The notes under the pieces: generated by a model | The model's input: only the letters and a program-made list of their open reading frames with translations | Told to the model about the DNA's origin: nothing | Database searches by the model: none | Part shown: piece after piece, positions 13,011 to 25,264 of the stretch | Position numbering within the stretch: the stretch's first letter is position 1 | Layout: each line of letters starts with the position of its first letter | DNA from: Squalus acanthias | Lineage: Eukaryota | Length of the DNA stretch: 64,000 nucleotides | Reading direction: 5' to 3' | NCBI GenBank assembly: GCA_030390025.1 | Contig: CM059428.1 | Span: forward strand, 156,116,001-156,180,000 | Made by a program: the position numbers and the translations under genes

Positions 13011-14439
13011 GTTACCTAATAAAGCAACATATTATCAAACTTACCATGAACATTACCATGGGTGATTCGCTAACACACACTGATGTCTTGTGCGTAGTAC
13101 AACAGTCACATTGTAAATTGTCACACATGCCAAGTTTGTCAGACTTGAACTGGTTGGCTTAAATATACGCACAGCACACCAGCAATTCACAACTTCACAG
13201 GCAGGGTACATACAGTGAACAAGTAGTATCTTTAAAAAAAGAAAGAAAAGAAAAGTAGTAATATGCTTGGCAGTTTGTCTGTAATTGGCCTCAGGACATG
13301 CTTATTCACAGCAGTTAAAGCTTGTGATTTTAAAGGGAGAGACCACTTTAAGCACAGGTCCACATTAGTAGCAGAATAATACATTAATGGGTTACATGGT
13401 ATAACATTTCTGTCCTTATAAAGCATCATATGCTTTGACTTACCATGAGTAGTGGTATTGGAAATCTGCTCTTGAATCAAAAAATATTCAATGAAGAGAT
13501 TGAATGCATTGGGACAATTTTACGTTGGTGGATGCAATTCTTTCCACGTAGGGAATATCTATTCTTGCGTGAAAATAATAATAGATAAGAAATGTTTAGA
13601 CTAATGGCATCTTTCTTTTAGGTTCACAGTCCCCTTAATGTTCATTTATGTCAGCCTAGCAAACCAGAAATAGCTGTGCAGTTATCCGAACGTTTGATGA
13701 CATTTATTTTTTGTTTTGACACAGTCATTGGGCTGAATTTTCCTCTAAATGACTACTCATTTTGGGGAGGTATATGGAGTAAAATGGGTTCTCCGAGGCT
13801 ACCACGTCAAATCCACTGCTAAAAAACTGTATCTGAATTATCCTCCAAAAGAAAGTGCCAGTGCCCTTTCAGGACCTCTTGTTGTAAATGGGCTTAAGGG
13901 ATGTGGCTAACTCCTCAACCCATTTCCCAACTTCCACCCCAAATAATTATTGCCACTGTATAAATGCTGTCTGCTTTAGCCAGCTCTGCTCAAAGTACTG
14001 ATTTGCACTGGGGACATGGATTTCACAATGGGAATCCCTCTATTCTCGTACTATAAAAAAAGAAGAGGGTGAGCATTGGCAGAGCTTGGGTTGGCTGACT
14101 GGGAGGAGAAGTGGGGTTGGGGGGGTGGTTGTTGTGTTCAACTCGAGATTTGGCCAACTTGGTAGGAAGAGGACTGAGCTGGAATCTGGGGAATACTGAC
14201 ATTCCTAGTCCGAAGTCTGAGCCAAGAACCACACAGACTTGCAGCCCAAACCTGCAGGTCAAAGACAGGTGATCGAGCTTACTTGGGAGCGAAATGAAGG
14301 CGATCCTCCAAAGCCACGTTGGCTGACCTCAAAATGAATGGGGAATGGGGCAATACCACCCTTCCCCCCCCCACCCCATCCCCAACAAAACCACTGGCTC
14401 CGCCACTGAGGATTAGTAAGTACATGGAAGAGGCTAGAT

Positions 14440-15310
14440 TGGAAGTTCTTAGAGGGAGGTATCACAGAAGGAGTCTCTTCCCTACACAGTCTAACCACTC
14501 ACTCATCAGGATCTGCAGATCAATGTTTTGTTTAGAGCCTTCTGATGGCTGGTGACTCAAAAGGCTGCGCTTTCTTTCAGAGGCTATTTGGGAAATAAAC
14601 CAACTGCTTGGTGAGGACCTGCAGCTCACTTCAGCCAGGAGAGCAGCACTGTGTGTACCCGTCAACATCACCGTTGCCCTAAATTTCTTTGCAACTGGAT
14701 CCTTCCAGATAACATTAGGTGTTCTTTGCCGCATTAATCTGGTGATGCTCATCCTTGCATCAAGAAGGTCAACGATGCTCTATTTGGTAGGGTTGTGCAA
14801 TTCATATCCTTCCTAATGGAAGCAGACAAACAAAGGGAGAGAATGAGCCAGTTCTACAGACAAAGGTTCCCACAGGTACAAGAGCAATTGATGGATGTAT
14901 GTCACACAATTTTTAGATTAGGAAAGTTTTTCATTTTATTAATGTGCAGCAAGTGTGTGATGCCCGTCACCTTATCCTGCATGCCAATGCTAGGTACCCA
15001 GGAAGCTGCCATGACTCTTCCATCATGTGACAATCCACTACGCCAGCCCTCGCGACTCGGATTCATGTATTGAGATGGCTGATTGTTGATCAGGACTGTA
15101 GTCATGACTGATGACTCCAATAAGGCTTCCATAGACGGAAGAGAGTACAGATACAATGAGACCCATGCAACTACAAGAAGTGTCATAGAACAGAGTATAG
15201 GAATTCTGAAATCCCATTTTAGGTGCCTGAATAAATCTGGTGGTACCCTACAATACAGCCCAGCGAGTCTTAAGAATCATTGTAGCTTGCTGCATTCTAC
15301 ATAATATTAT
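14440..15310 (+). pseudogene. Harbinger (HARBI1/DDE_Tnp_4-like) transposase pseudogene
   Basis: VALNFFATGSFQ (14673-14708), frameshifted FPQVQ-AIDG (about 14867), RYNETHATTRSVIEQSIGILKSHFRCLNKSGGTLQYSP, IIVACCILHN (15276-15305); many frameshifts. Confidence 0.88.
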
Positions 15311-15729
15311 GAAGAAAAGTCCAGAAGCAGATGGCAAGGGTGTTGAAGAGAAGGTGGAACGACCTCCCTCCCCATAGCAACAGGGATACAGGAAGGAGAG
15401 GAAGTGGGACAGGACAGCCAACAGCTAAAGAACAAAGAAGGACACAACTGATAGCCCAGTGCTTTCAGGAAATAAAGATTGACTCACCAACTCGAAACAC
15501 TGTACAGAACATAAAGCACCAAAACTTCCAATCACTGCTTCTTAAAACCATGTTACCATTTGTGTCGGCTAATATACTTGCTCATGCTCCTAATCTTCTA
15601 CTCTCACAAGGTCCTCCCTGAGTGAGATGAGTTTGTGATGGGAGAGGCCTGAGGTGACTTTTAACTCAGAGTGGCCGTCTCAGAGGCCCAGCTATCTGCA
15701 GCTTTTCTCTTGTAGCGGCAAGCTGTTGT

Positions 15730-16025
15730 TTTGTTGTAAAAACCCAACTGGTTCACTAATGTCCTTTTTAGGGAAGGAAACCTGCCATCCTTACCCGGTC
15801 TGACCTATATGTGACTCCAGTCCTACACCAATGTGGTTGACTCTTAACTACCCTGAAGTAGCCTAGCAAGCCACTCAGTTGTATCAAACCGCTAGAAAGA
15901 ATCTCACGGACTGCAGTGGTTCAAGAAGAATGTTCACCACCACTTTCTCAGGGCAACTATGGATTGGGCAGTGAATGTCGGTCTTGCCAGCGATGCCCAC
16001 AACCCAAGGATGAATATTTGAAAAA
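15730..16025 (+). mobile_element. tRNA-SINE fragment (24384 family) nested in the Harbinger element
   Basis: ggttcactaatgtccttttagggaaggaaacctgcc...gtgactccag core shared with the 24384 and 43931 copies. Confidence 0.8.
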
Positions 16026-16292
16026 TCTCTCTCTCTCCCTCCATCTTTGGCCCTGTGTTCTGCAGGTCATGGATAACTTTCTGTTATGTGTTGTAGATAT
16101 GGGTGGTAGACTCCTCCCATTTGTTCACCATTTCAACCCTATGTGTGCAAACCCTCTCCACTGTCTGCACATGAGTTCAATGCTCCCTAATCATAACTGT
16201 TTTGAAGAATGGGCTCCTTAAGATCTGGGTCCCTAGGCTCCTTAGCTGAAGTCAGTCATTTCTCCACCCTCTATGGAGGAATGGCATTCTTG

Positions 16293-16294
<2 letters not shown>

Positions 16295-16332
<38 letters not shown>
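16295..16332. repeat. (CT)19 microsatellite
   Basis: Read directly. Confidence 0.95.
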
Positions 16333-16335
<3 letters not shown>

Positions 16336-16939
16336 ACCACCAGCTCTTCATGCTCACTAGTGCTTAGTGCCTCACTGAGCAAAAAACGTTCCAACTCATT
16401 ACATCCTCTTGATTGGGTGTCTCTGTTGCTGATGCTTGCACAAGTTAGATGCCATATGAAAAGTAGAACCACCTAACATCCAGTCTATTCCTACACATAG
16501 TTTAAACTATGATGGAGTTGGTGGGGAAGTGGCAGAAGCTGAGGTTGTGGATCTGGCAGCAGACTCACCAGTGGAAGTGCTCCGTGGTCATTATTTTCCT
16601 GCTGGACATCGCATATGATGTGAAATACAGACGAGCTTTATTAGCTGGTTTTAGGCCAGCCTTTTATCTGGAGGAAGAGAAGACAATTTAAGGATATGAT
16701 TAGATGTGGAAGTGCATTGCCCTTTGAATCAAGTGTCCTTGAAGACTGACAGTAGCTCTTGTAGCAGGCATGGTGAGTTACCAGAGTGGTTTTATGTAAA
16801 GAAAATGCCTGACTGTTTGCAGAGGTTCCCCTTTGCAGAAGTGAGCTCCCCTGACCCCTTGGTGCTGAGAGAGAAAAAGCATGATAGCTAAGGCACTAAG
16901 TGAAGGTTTGAATAGTAGTGGATGTGTGTTGGCAAAGTG

Positions 16940-17130
16940 CCTTAACTTTTCTTGGCCATACTTTGTGAGGTCATTGAACCTTTTCCTGCTGTGTGTGGCA
17001 GTTCCTTGGGGTGGTGTAGGTTGCACTCACTGCGTCTGCTAATTTCCTTCACTTATCCATCACCCTCATGGGCTTCCCACCCTCAGCAGTCAGCAGACTA
17101 CCTCATCTGGCGCTCAATTCAGCTAGCAAC
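16940..17130 (-). pseudogene. Harbinger Myb/SANT-like (trihelix) DNA-binding protein remnant
   Basis: Frameshifted ADAVSATYTTPRNC..RKRFNDLTKYGQEK resembles the VxA...RT..QCRKRW/FNDL signature. Confidence 0.7.
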
Positions 17131-17610
17131 GCCTCCAGAGATCCACCTGGGAATCTGGGGGCCCTTTTAGCTGTAAAGTAGCAATAAAACTATCAGAGGT
17201 GCTATAACTGGCCCTGCATAGCAAACGAGGACCAGTGAGGACATTTCAGTGGTTTAGTGGTGGATTCACATGATGGTATTCCTTTTCTGCTGTGAACCCA
17301 CCAACAGGAGGAGAGTTCAGCCCAAAGACTTCATCATTTGATGCCCATCAATGTACGTGTGTGAGTTAAAACTTACAGAACATTGAAGAGTTCATGACTT
17401 TAATTTGTATATATAATAATTATATGCATTCAATATTTGTAATTGAACAAGCTAAATTCCAGTGCTTCTAGTTTTAAAATGCCTTTCCTTCCCATCTCCC
17501 CACATAAATCATATTCTCCCCCCTCCCATTTCAACCCTACCCCTACCTTCAATTTTGGTTTTGAAATTTTAAAACCAACACAAGATGACGGACTTGTTTT
17601 TTCCCACCAG

Positions 17611-17734
17611 GATGCCGGAAGCCAACAAATTGGTTTTCTTTTGGGAAGTTGTGGTGTTACTGTAGCATTAACCAGCGATGCTTGCCACAAAGGTTTGCCC
17701 AAAAGCCCAACGGGGGAGATTCTACAGTTTAAAG
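17611..17734 (+). CDS. DIP2C: DIP2C exon 3: DAGSQQIGFLLGSCGVTVALTSDACHKGLPKSPTGEILQFK
   Basis: caccag| and |gtaatt, 124 nt, phase 0 to 1; lies inside ORF 17443..17850. Confidence 0.96.
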
Positions 17735-18254
17735 GTAATTGGTTTTCATGTCTTTTAACTTCACTTTTACTATTTTCATGTCGCTTGCATTTTATTGTGA
17801 TTAATTACTTGGACAAATCTAGTTCAAGTTGCCCCCATCTAATACTGTAGTGATTGTAACAACTTCATGAATAGTGAATTTGATTTTCTTCAATGTCCAG
17901 AGGTTATATTTCCCACAATTTAACATGACCCTGTTCTTCACTAAACCATAGCTCTTCGTTTTAATAACTTCACTATTTAAAAACTTAGAAGCTGATTTTT
18001 CAATCAAATTTGAAATTCAACAATCATTATTACACACAAACATGTAAAAGAAGTTTGAACATGCAGTCTAGAATTTGCGCTGTATGAGCACCTCATGCAT
18101 TTGCATCAAATTCTTTTGTTCACTTTTAACAGAGATATTAACCCATTTAAAACAAATATTTCAATGCCATTATTGAAGTAGTGGTTAGATGAATCTCATA
18201 TGAATATATATTGAGTGTTTAGCTAATATTGTGCAATTTCCAGGCCAATATTTT

Positions 18255-18660
18255 GGGGATTGAGGTAGTGGCGTGGGTTAAAACACCGTCCCTTCACCTC
18301 TGGGGGCCAAGCTTTAAATCCATCCTAAACTGATGGGATCAAAGTCTCTTCTTTGGCTGGAAGAGTTCTAAGTAAAATTAATACTGGCATTCTCAGTCCA
18401 GTTGTTTACTGGGCACACGTCCAACCACAAAACTGTTCATAATTTAACAGTAATTGACAGCCTTATTCAGAAGCCATGAGGATTTGCTAATATGGCAAAT
18501 TAGAATTTCACTTGAGTATGTAAGGTTGTGCTGTCTGCAATTGGATCTAATACTCATTGTTAGGACAGAGTAGAGGAAGCTTTACTCTGCATCTAACCCA
18601 TGCTAAACCTGAGTTCCAAGTGCTCAGTGATGTATACCTGGACATAGTCCCTTGAATTGA
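18255..18660 (+). mobile_element. Decayed LF-SINE-like element
   Basis: Ordered motifs ccttcacctctggg, aaatccatcc, tctcagtccagtt, cacaaaac and ggaagctttactctgcatctaacccatgct recall the LF-SINE consensus; related copy at about 29230..30110. Confidence 0.55.
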
Positions 18661-19573
18661 CATCCCTGTTCTGTATTTGTGTGTAAAGTGCATTTCTATG
18701 CATATTTCTCTGATGATTGTATCTTAAAGACATTACATTTAAGAACTCTTTGTAGGAAGTCTGCTATGGTTCAATTTTTTTTTTATTTCAATGATCTGTA
18801 CAGACTATGAATATATTCTGTAGTTATTAAATGAAAAAGTTGAGGTCAAAATACGATTGAACTGCATTGTTCTGGTGAATAAGCTATTACAATATATTCC
18901 ATGAATTATATATTTTATTTTTTAGAACATATATATTTTATAATTTGTAATCTTTCAGACTCTCATATATGGCTGTTATGATAGCCCGTCAGGAGACTAT
19001 TTAGCAAGAGTTTAACTCCAAGTGAGATTTAAAATGAATGAATTGTTGAGCTATTAATCCAGATGTTTTGAAATAATTTTTTGAGGTTCTGTGGGTTCGA
19101 AATTTATTTTCGAAAAGATTGGATGGAGGAAAATTTGTATTAATTAAAATTCAAAAATAAATTAAATAATTGGAAAAAAAGTTGCCATATGAAACACTGC
19201 AATTATCATTTATATGGACTCAGCTACCGTAAAAATATAGTCTGTGCCTTAACGTTTAGATAAATTTATTGTTCTACTTAAAACAATTTTTTTTTTAATA
19301 GATTAGTCTAATTTGCGAAATGACTATGATCTAGACAAATATATCAATAAAATTGGATTCAAACTCATCCTGCAAACAAACTACTTGCAGTTGCACAAAA
19401 ATAAGAGAATACTGGCTGAATCCAAACCATAGCTTCTTAATGTCAAGGGAGCACGTGGCTTAAATCTCTGTAAAGGCTTGTACTGCTGAGAGAGTTGCTA
19501 GCTCACTTCATTTGGAATAGCTCACTTCACCCTACGATGAGCTGATTTTACTTTTTGTCGTTTTTTTTTTTAG

Positions 19574-19683
19574 GTTGGCCACGGTTGCTGTGGTTTGTAA
19601 CAGAATCTAAGCACCTGTCTAAGCCTCCTCGGGATTGGTTCCCTCACATCAAGGATGCAAACAATGACACTGCATACATTGAG
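19574..19683 (+). CDS. DIP2C: DIP2C exon 4: (G)WPRLLWFVTESKHLSKPPRDWFPHIKDANNDTAYIE
   Basis: poly-T tag| and |gtgaga, 110 nt, phase 1 to 0. Confidence 0.96.
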
Positions 19684-20297
19684 GTGAGAGGAACTGAAAT
19701 CTAGAAACAAAAAAGTTTCATAAATAATTGACTTGATTAATGAATGTAATTCATAACTTGTCATTTGTATGTGCTTAAAATCGAGTAAGGGTTGGTATCT
19801 TTTAAGACATTTCAAAGATACTTATATAAAAGTAACTTAATTTACTGCAGTTTATCCACTAATAGTGTTGTATAATTATTTATATTAGATTTTGAATCGA
19901 TGCATATGATGATTAGGCTAAATTTACGAGGTGTAGACTTAACATTTGGTTGGTTGAGCCAGTATTATCTTAGATTTTAGCTCTATAGCCACAGGCTGTA
20001 AAATACTTACCAATATAAATTAATGTTGCCATTCAGAATTTGAAATCAGTATGGCAATCACTTTTTGTTTATGGCAAACATATAGCGGTCTCAACTTATT
20101 GGATCAGTAACGCTATGCATACCGACTTCATAATGGGCCCTCCTTAGGCTGGGGTAAATTTTGGGATATTAAATTGAGCATGCTTTCCAAGTTGCAATAT
20201 AAACCGGTCATCAGATCATACAACAGTCCAGTAAAATAAGGGAGCCTGTTATAAAATATGACCCGTACTCATAATGGGAGTCTCGGTGTGCGACATG

Positions 20298-20414
20298 TAA
20301 GGTGAATTTCCTTGGGCCTTCTCCCACCCTGCTGCTGTAACTTCAGCTCGTAAATGAGGTTTCTGCTGAAGTTGCGGTGGCGGAGCAGGAGAATCCCCGA
20401 GGAAATTCACGCCC
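20298..20414. mobile_element. Hairpin MITE (Harbinger-type ends)
   Basis: About 45-bp imperfect inverted arms ggtgaatttccttggg...aacttcagc / gctgaagtt...ccgaggaaattcac. Confidence 0.7.
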
Positions 20415-21665
20415 GAGTACAAATTGCAGCATCAATAAATGGGTATTTGCCCTCGGGCTTAAAGAGGGGCAGGAGAGGGAAAACTGAAAGTTTCCCTTGG
20501 CATGCTGCTGTGTCAACTAAGCAGTGGAATTGACGAACATCCTGAACATGCTTACAGGCTGGACTTTCACTCTTGTCTGCTGTTCAGTGAGGACAGCATT
20601 GGGTTGGGGAGGGAAAAGATGGAGACTCCAGAAGCATTACGGTCAAAAAGAAACAAATGGACAGTCCTCGCTTAGACATTTCATGTTGCGATAATTAGTG
20701 AAGCCTATTTCAAGGCCTGGGAATATCTCTGCAATCAAAAAATTGAAATTGCATCAGTAAAATAAGACTCCAGTTCTGAATGATATCACAGTGGAAAGAC
20801 CATGAAATGTTATTGAACAGAAAATTAGAGGTGGTATTTAAACAACATCAATTAAAATTAATTTAACAATTTAAATCTCAAGCTTTGAATGCGTTGGTTT
20901 TTATTTTTATTTTCAGTTAGAGGGAAGCAGCCAAGCCATTGTAACATCAGAGGCGTTATCTTTTGCATTATTGCAGCTTTGTAAATATAAAATGGTTTGG
21001 CGCATTCAGTGAAGGTGGGGTTGATTATTTTGGGTTGAGTTTTTTTTTAATTTGCTGCATTTTGTTGTAGTTACACTTACTACTTTTACAACAACAACTT
21101 GCATTTATAAAGCGCCTTCAACGCAACAAAACATCCCAAGGTTCTTGGGTACAAGAAAACCCGATGCTGAGCCCAAGATTTTGAGATTAGTTTTTCTATT
21201 GCCTAGTTGCTTATGGAAATGACTGATATTGCATTCAAAACATGCAAGAACTCAGGATGAAGTAATTTAGTACAATCCATGTTGTGTTGTAGAGGGAATG
21301 ATGAAGAATTACATTAAATGTACTTGGGACATTTCAGATACTGTTGAGCATGATTTGTACAGAAAAGTAAATTTAAACCAAATATTACTTAATAATTTGC
21401 TTACATAACGGAAGATCAGTTTTTGGAATAATATGCCAAGGAGCACAGTAGAGACAAAAAATACAGGCAATATGCCGCCGAATGCAATAATGGAAGAGTT
21501 GGCGTACTGGAAGGATGAGATTCAATCGCTGTAATGACCATTTCTTGTTCCTAACTCTTCCTACATTGTTAAATGATGGGAAAAATATCTGGTAACATAC
21601 CCTCAAAATACAGTGCACTCTGTGAGCGCAACCACTTCAACTGTGTTGGTTTGTTTTATTACTAG

Positions 21666-21768
21666 TACAAGACATGTAAAGATGGCAGCGTGCTAGGTGT
21701 GACTGTGACACGAATTGCACTCCTGACCCATTGTCAGGCTCTGACTCAGGCCTGTGCGTATACAGAAG
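21666..21768 (+). CDS. DIP2C: DIP2C exon 5: YKTCKDGSVLGVTVTRIALLTHCQALTQACAYTE
   Basis: tactag| and |gtaagg, 103 nt, phase 0 to 1; degenerate P-loop-like segment YIEYKTCKDGSVLGV of the first FAAL-like domain. Confidence 0.96.
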
Positions 21769-22234
21769 GTAAGGGTTTCTTTCCCTTTTCATACTTCTTG
21801 CAGTAAGTAAAATATTGGCTGCAATGTAACTCTGCGTTCTATAAGTGATGAGCTACAGATGTCCTTTCAATGAAATGGTGGACCTTTATGTTTTGGTTGT
21901 TTCAATATTGAGCAGCAGATTTTTATTTTTAACTTACTATATTGACAAACTGGGGAAAAATGAGATAAAGATTGTGTGGATCATTTGTCTGGGTGAGAGT
22001 TTTTTACTAATTTTGATCATCACATGTTATACTTTTGCAATGCTCCTCCTCATTCCTTTACCCCCTTCCCATCACTTCTTCTGTTTCTGTCTCATTGTGT
22101 ACATTCCTACATTTTTAACTTTGTTTTCATATTTGTGAGCAAACGATCTCTAGCAGAGGAGATGCATCGAAACAGTAGGAAACTGCCAGTTTGGGCACTT
22201 CAGTCTTGTTAGGTTAAGGAGGGATATATTATTT

Positions 22235-22450
22235 TGAGTTCCCATTCCTGATTGCTTGTGGTGACACTTGCTGGAAAGCGCACGTGTCAATATTGGCTGA
22301 GATCAGGATCAGCTGTGTATCATCGCTGTCGAATGCCCTGCCAACACTCGCTCGCTGTCTCTGCTCAGATAAAGAATGGCCATTTGGGCAGGATACCAGA
22401 GGACAAACTAGTGCTGCGAAACTGTAGGTCAGCACAAGCCAATGTCTTTA
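22235..22450 (+). mobile_element. Old SINE-like dispersed repeat (unnamed family)
   Basis: gctggaaag...gtcgaat.ccctgccaacactc...aagaatggccatttggg motifs recur at about 23630-23880, 24745-25050, 42340-42620 and inverted at 5140-5290. Confidence 0.65.
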
Positions 22451-24154
22451 GGAGAGAGAGGAGGAGGAGGGTGGGGTGGGGTGGGAGAAAAAATTGGCAA
22501 AATAAGAAACACCAAGAAAAACCCAGACTTGATTCTTAGAACAACAGAAGATCTCGATCTGATTAAATTGCAGGCCAGTAACAAATGCATTGATTGATGT
22601 TCGTAATGACTCGCTGTTCTCATTTGTGACTGAATCTGAAGACCTTACTGAAACGTATTGCTAACTGAAAATTAGCAATCTCTAATATGGAAATTATTTT
22701 TTAAATGTTGCCGCTCCTCAATGTGTGAAGGTAATTTTAGAATGATATAGAATAGCTAACGCTATGCAAATGTGAATTGGGTAATTTCTCGGTCCTGCAG
22801 TTTTGAAGGTTAGTTCTTTGGATTTGTAATGTGACATTTATTGGCACCTGTTAGGGTTGACTTTAAATCAATAATGAACAGGAAATTCAAGTGACACGTC
22901 CTCTCTTGGGAGATCACCGTCCCCATCTACTTGAAAGTATTAGGGGTTTGCAATGTAACTCCTTTGAAAAATTCCATAGCACGTTCTGAATGACATAAAT
23001 TCTTCCTTGTAGTGTTCATTAGTTCAGTTTTGTGCCTCTCTTGACTCAATAGTGTTATTTTTAGCCCCCATTGTTACTAAACTTAATAAAATATTTACAG
23101 TAATCTGGTGCCACAGTGATTTTTATGAAGAATGACACACTGAGGTGTCAAAATAATGTTGAATAATTCATGAACTATACAGCTGACACAGTTAATTTAT
23201 GTGTAGTGTTTTATACTTCTATGAGTGACCACTGGAACTCAATGATGCATTAACATCATGTGCAAATGCACGAAGCCCCCATATAAATCAAATGCCTAAC
23301 TTTAATTCACAATTATTGGTAATTAAACCAAGAATACTTGCATGAGTATTGTATAAATAAAAATACACATTGGGAATAGTAGTTTGCAGAAAATGAGCAT
23401 CTCTTATTTCAAGAAACTGCCAATCCCAATGTATATGCTTAAAGCATTGGCATTATTTTGAAGTCTTCTTTAAAATCATTACCTTCCAAAACAAATTTAA
23501 ATCATCCCTAATACTTCAAAATAAATGAGAAAAATCTAGCTGAAGTACATATGAATACCAAAAATAAATGGTGCATAAGTAGTCTTTAAAAATAATTACA
23601 GTGCTCAGCAAGCAAGTTTATCCAGAAGGTCGCAGGTTCATCTTTGGTATGTGCAGAGCTAGGTGAACTCAGAAGGGCTGGATTAGGGAGAGGAAAATAG
23701 AACAGGGCTGCTGCTCGTGACTGCTGCTCAGTGACCCCTGCTGAAAGTGCGCATGTGGAGGTCAAGCAAGGGCACAAGCTGCCCCTGTGGTAGATTGACC
23801 TGCCGACAGTCACCATCGAGATTTGTACACGAATACTGACAACTCAGGCGAGGATACTATGTCACCATACCCCAACAAGGAATTAACACTTTTACAAATC
23901 ATTGCTATTAATACCAGAAAGGCTGTTTTTAAAATTCTGTGCCTTGACTGTGTCCAGTGGTGGGGGGATTCTCATGCAAACTGTTGAGTGGTGGGGGAGG
24001 TTGGGGGTCTCTGGTTACATCATCAACTCTTGTCTGAAATGTAAGAAATAGCATCTCCAATCAGGAGGCAGGACACAATACGTATTCTCGTTCTAATTGG
24101 AGAGCTATGTTTTCAATGCATACACTCTGGAGCCTTATCCTGGAACGTTCTAGT

Positions 24155-24219
24155 TTTAACTAAACTAATTTAAATAAATCTGTTGGACTATAACCTGGTG
24201 TTGTGCGACTTCTCATTTT
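24155..24219 (+). mobile_element. 65-bp Penelope-type pLTR 3' fragment with 14-bp TSD
   Basis: TSD tggaacgttctagt at 24141-24154 and 24220-24233; ctgttggactataacctggtgttgtgcgacttctca identical to the 60776 insert. Confidence 0.8.
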
Positions 24220-24383
24220 TGGAACGTTCTAGTAAAGGAATAACAGATAATGGGGAAAATTCTTATGAAAGCTTCTGTTTTAACATCATATCTCTCAGAT
24301 ACCGTGAACCAAAATACATAGGAACTGCCCTCCCCAGTGGCTGATGTTGAATGCATCATGTGCTGGTACTGCGCCATATAGAC

Positions 24384-24740
24384 GGGGTACGGTAGCATAG
24401 TGGTAATGTTACTGAACTAGTAATCCAGAGGCCTGATCCAGAGACGTGAGTTCAAATCTCACCACCGCCGTTGTGGAATTTAAATTCGATTAAATAAATC
24501 TGGAATAAAAAAAGCTAGTATCAGTAATGGAGACCATGAAACTACCGGATTGTCGTAAAAACCCATCTGGTTCACTAATGTCCTTTAGGGAAGGAAATCT
24601 GCCGTCCTGCCTATATGTGACTCCAGACCCACAGCAATGTGGTTGACTCTTGAATGGCTTGCTAAGCAGAGGGACAGTTAAGAAGGAATGGGCAATAAAT
24701 GCCTTGCCAGCGACGCCCACATCCAATGAATTAAAAAAAA
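24384..24740 (+). mobile_element. Near full-length tRNA-headed SINE with LINE-derived tail
   Basis: A-box-like tagcatagtgg, B-box-like gagttcaaatc, tail gggcaataaatgccttgccagcgacgcccacatcc followed by poly-A. Confidence 0.85.
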
Positions 24741-25199
24741 GACCCAGTTCAATCCTTGCTTTGTGGTTGAGTTAGCCAGTCTCAATTGGTGAGGCAGGAG
24801 AGCCACCACATTGGTTCCTCACTGTTCCCAGGCAAACAAAGGAAAAATATGTTGTGATCATTCAGTGACTTTCTCTGCTTTAAGTATCTGTCAATGGATA
24901 TGCTAGTAACAGTGGAACAGGAACTGGGTTACCCTTGGCTGTAACGGAACCATCGTTGAATCATACCCCCGTCCAGCCTCACACATGAACAACGATCACT
25001 TAACTAAGAGCTGCCAGTCTCTGACTGCACATCTTCCTTCAGGAGAGGATGGGTATGGATAGAAAATTAGAGGGAAAAACAAATAGATTAAGAAGTAATA
25101 TTTAGATTTGAAATGAAATTTAGAGGAATATACCCTCTGCTTTTTTTTCCCCTTGAAAAGCTTTATTTTAACTGAGAAAGTCTTGTCTGTCTTAAACAG

Positions 25200-25264
25200 C
25201 GGAAACCATTGTGAATGTATTGGATTTTAAGAAAGATGTTGGCTTGTGGCATGGTATTCTTACG
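25200..25264 (+). CDS. DIP2C: DIP2C exon 6: (A)ETIVNVLDFKKDVGLWHGILT
   Basis: aaacag| and |gtaaga, 65 nt, phase 1 to 0. Confidence 0.95.

Larger units (their letters stand above)
13730..17323. mobile_element. Decayed autonomous-type PIF/Harbinger DNA transposon (transposase on +, Myb/SANT-like gene on -)
   Basis: TIRs gggctgaattttcctc (13730) and gaggagagttcagccc (ending 17323); two convergent pseudogenised ORFs inside. Confidence 0.8.

Noticed and set aside
22235-22450. GC-richer intronic block with a CACGTG E-box as a conserved enhancer or extra exon
   Set aside because: The same motif series recurs at about 5140, 23630, 24745 and 42340, so it is an old SINE-like repeat.
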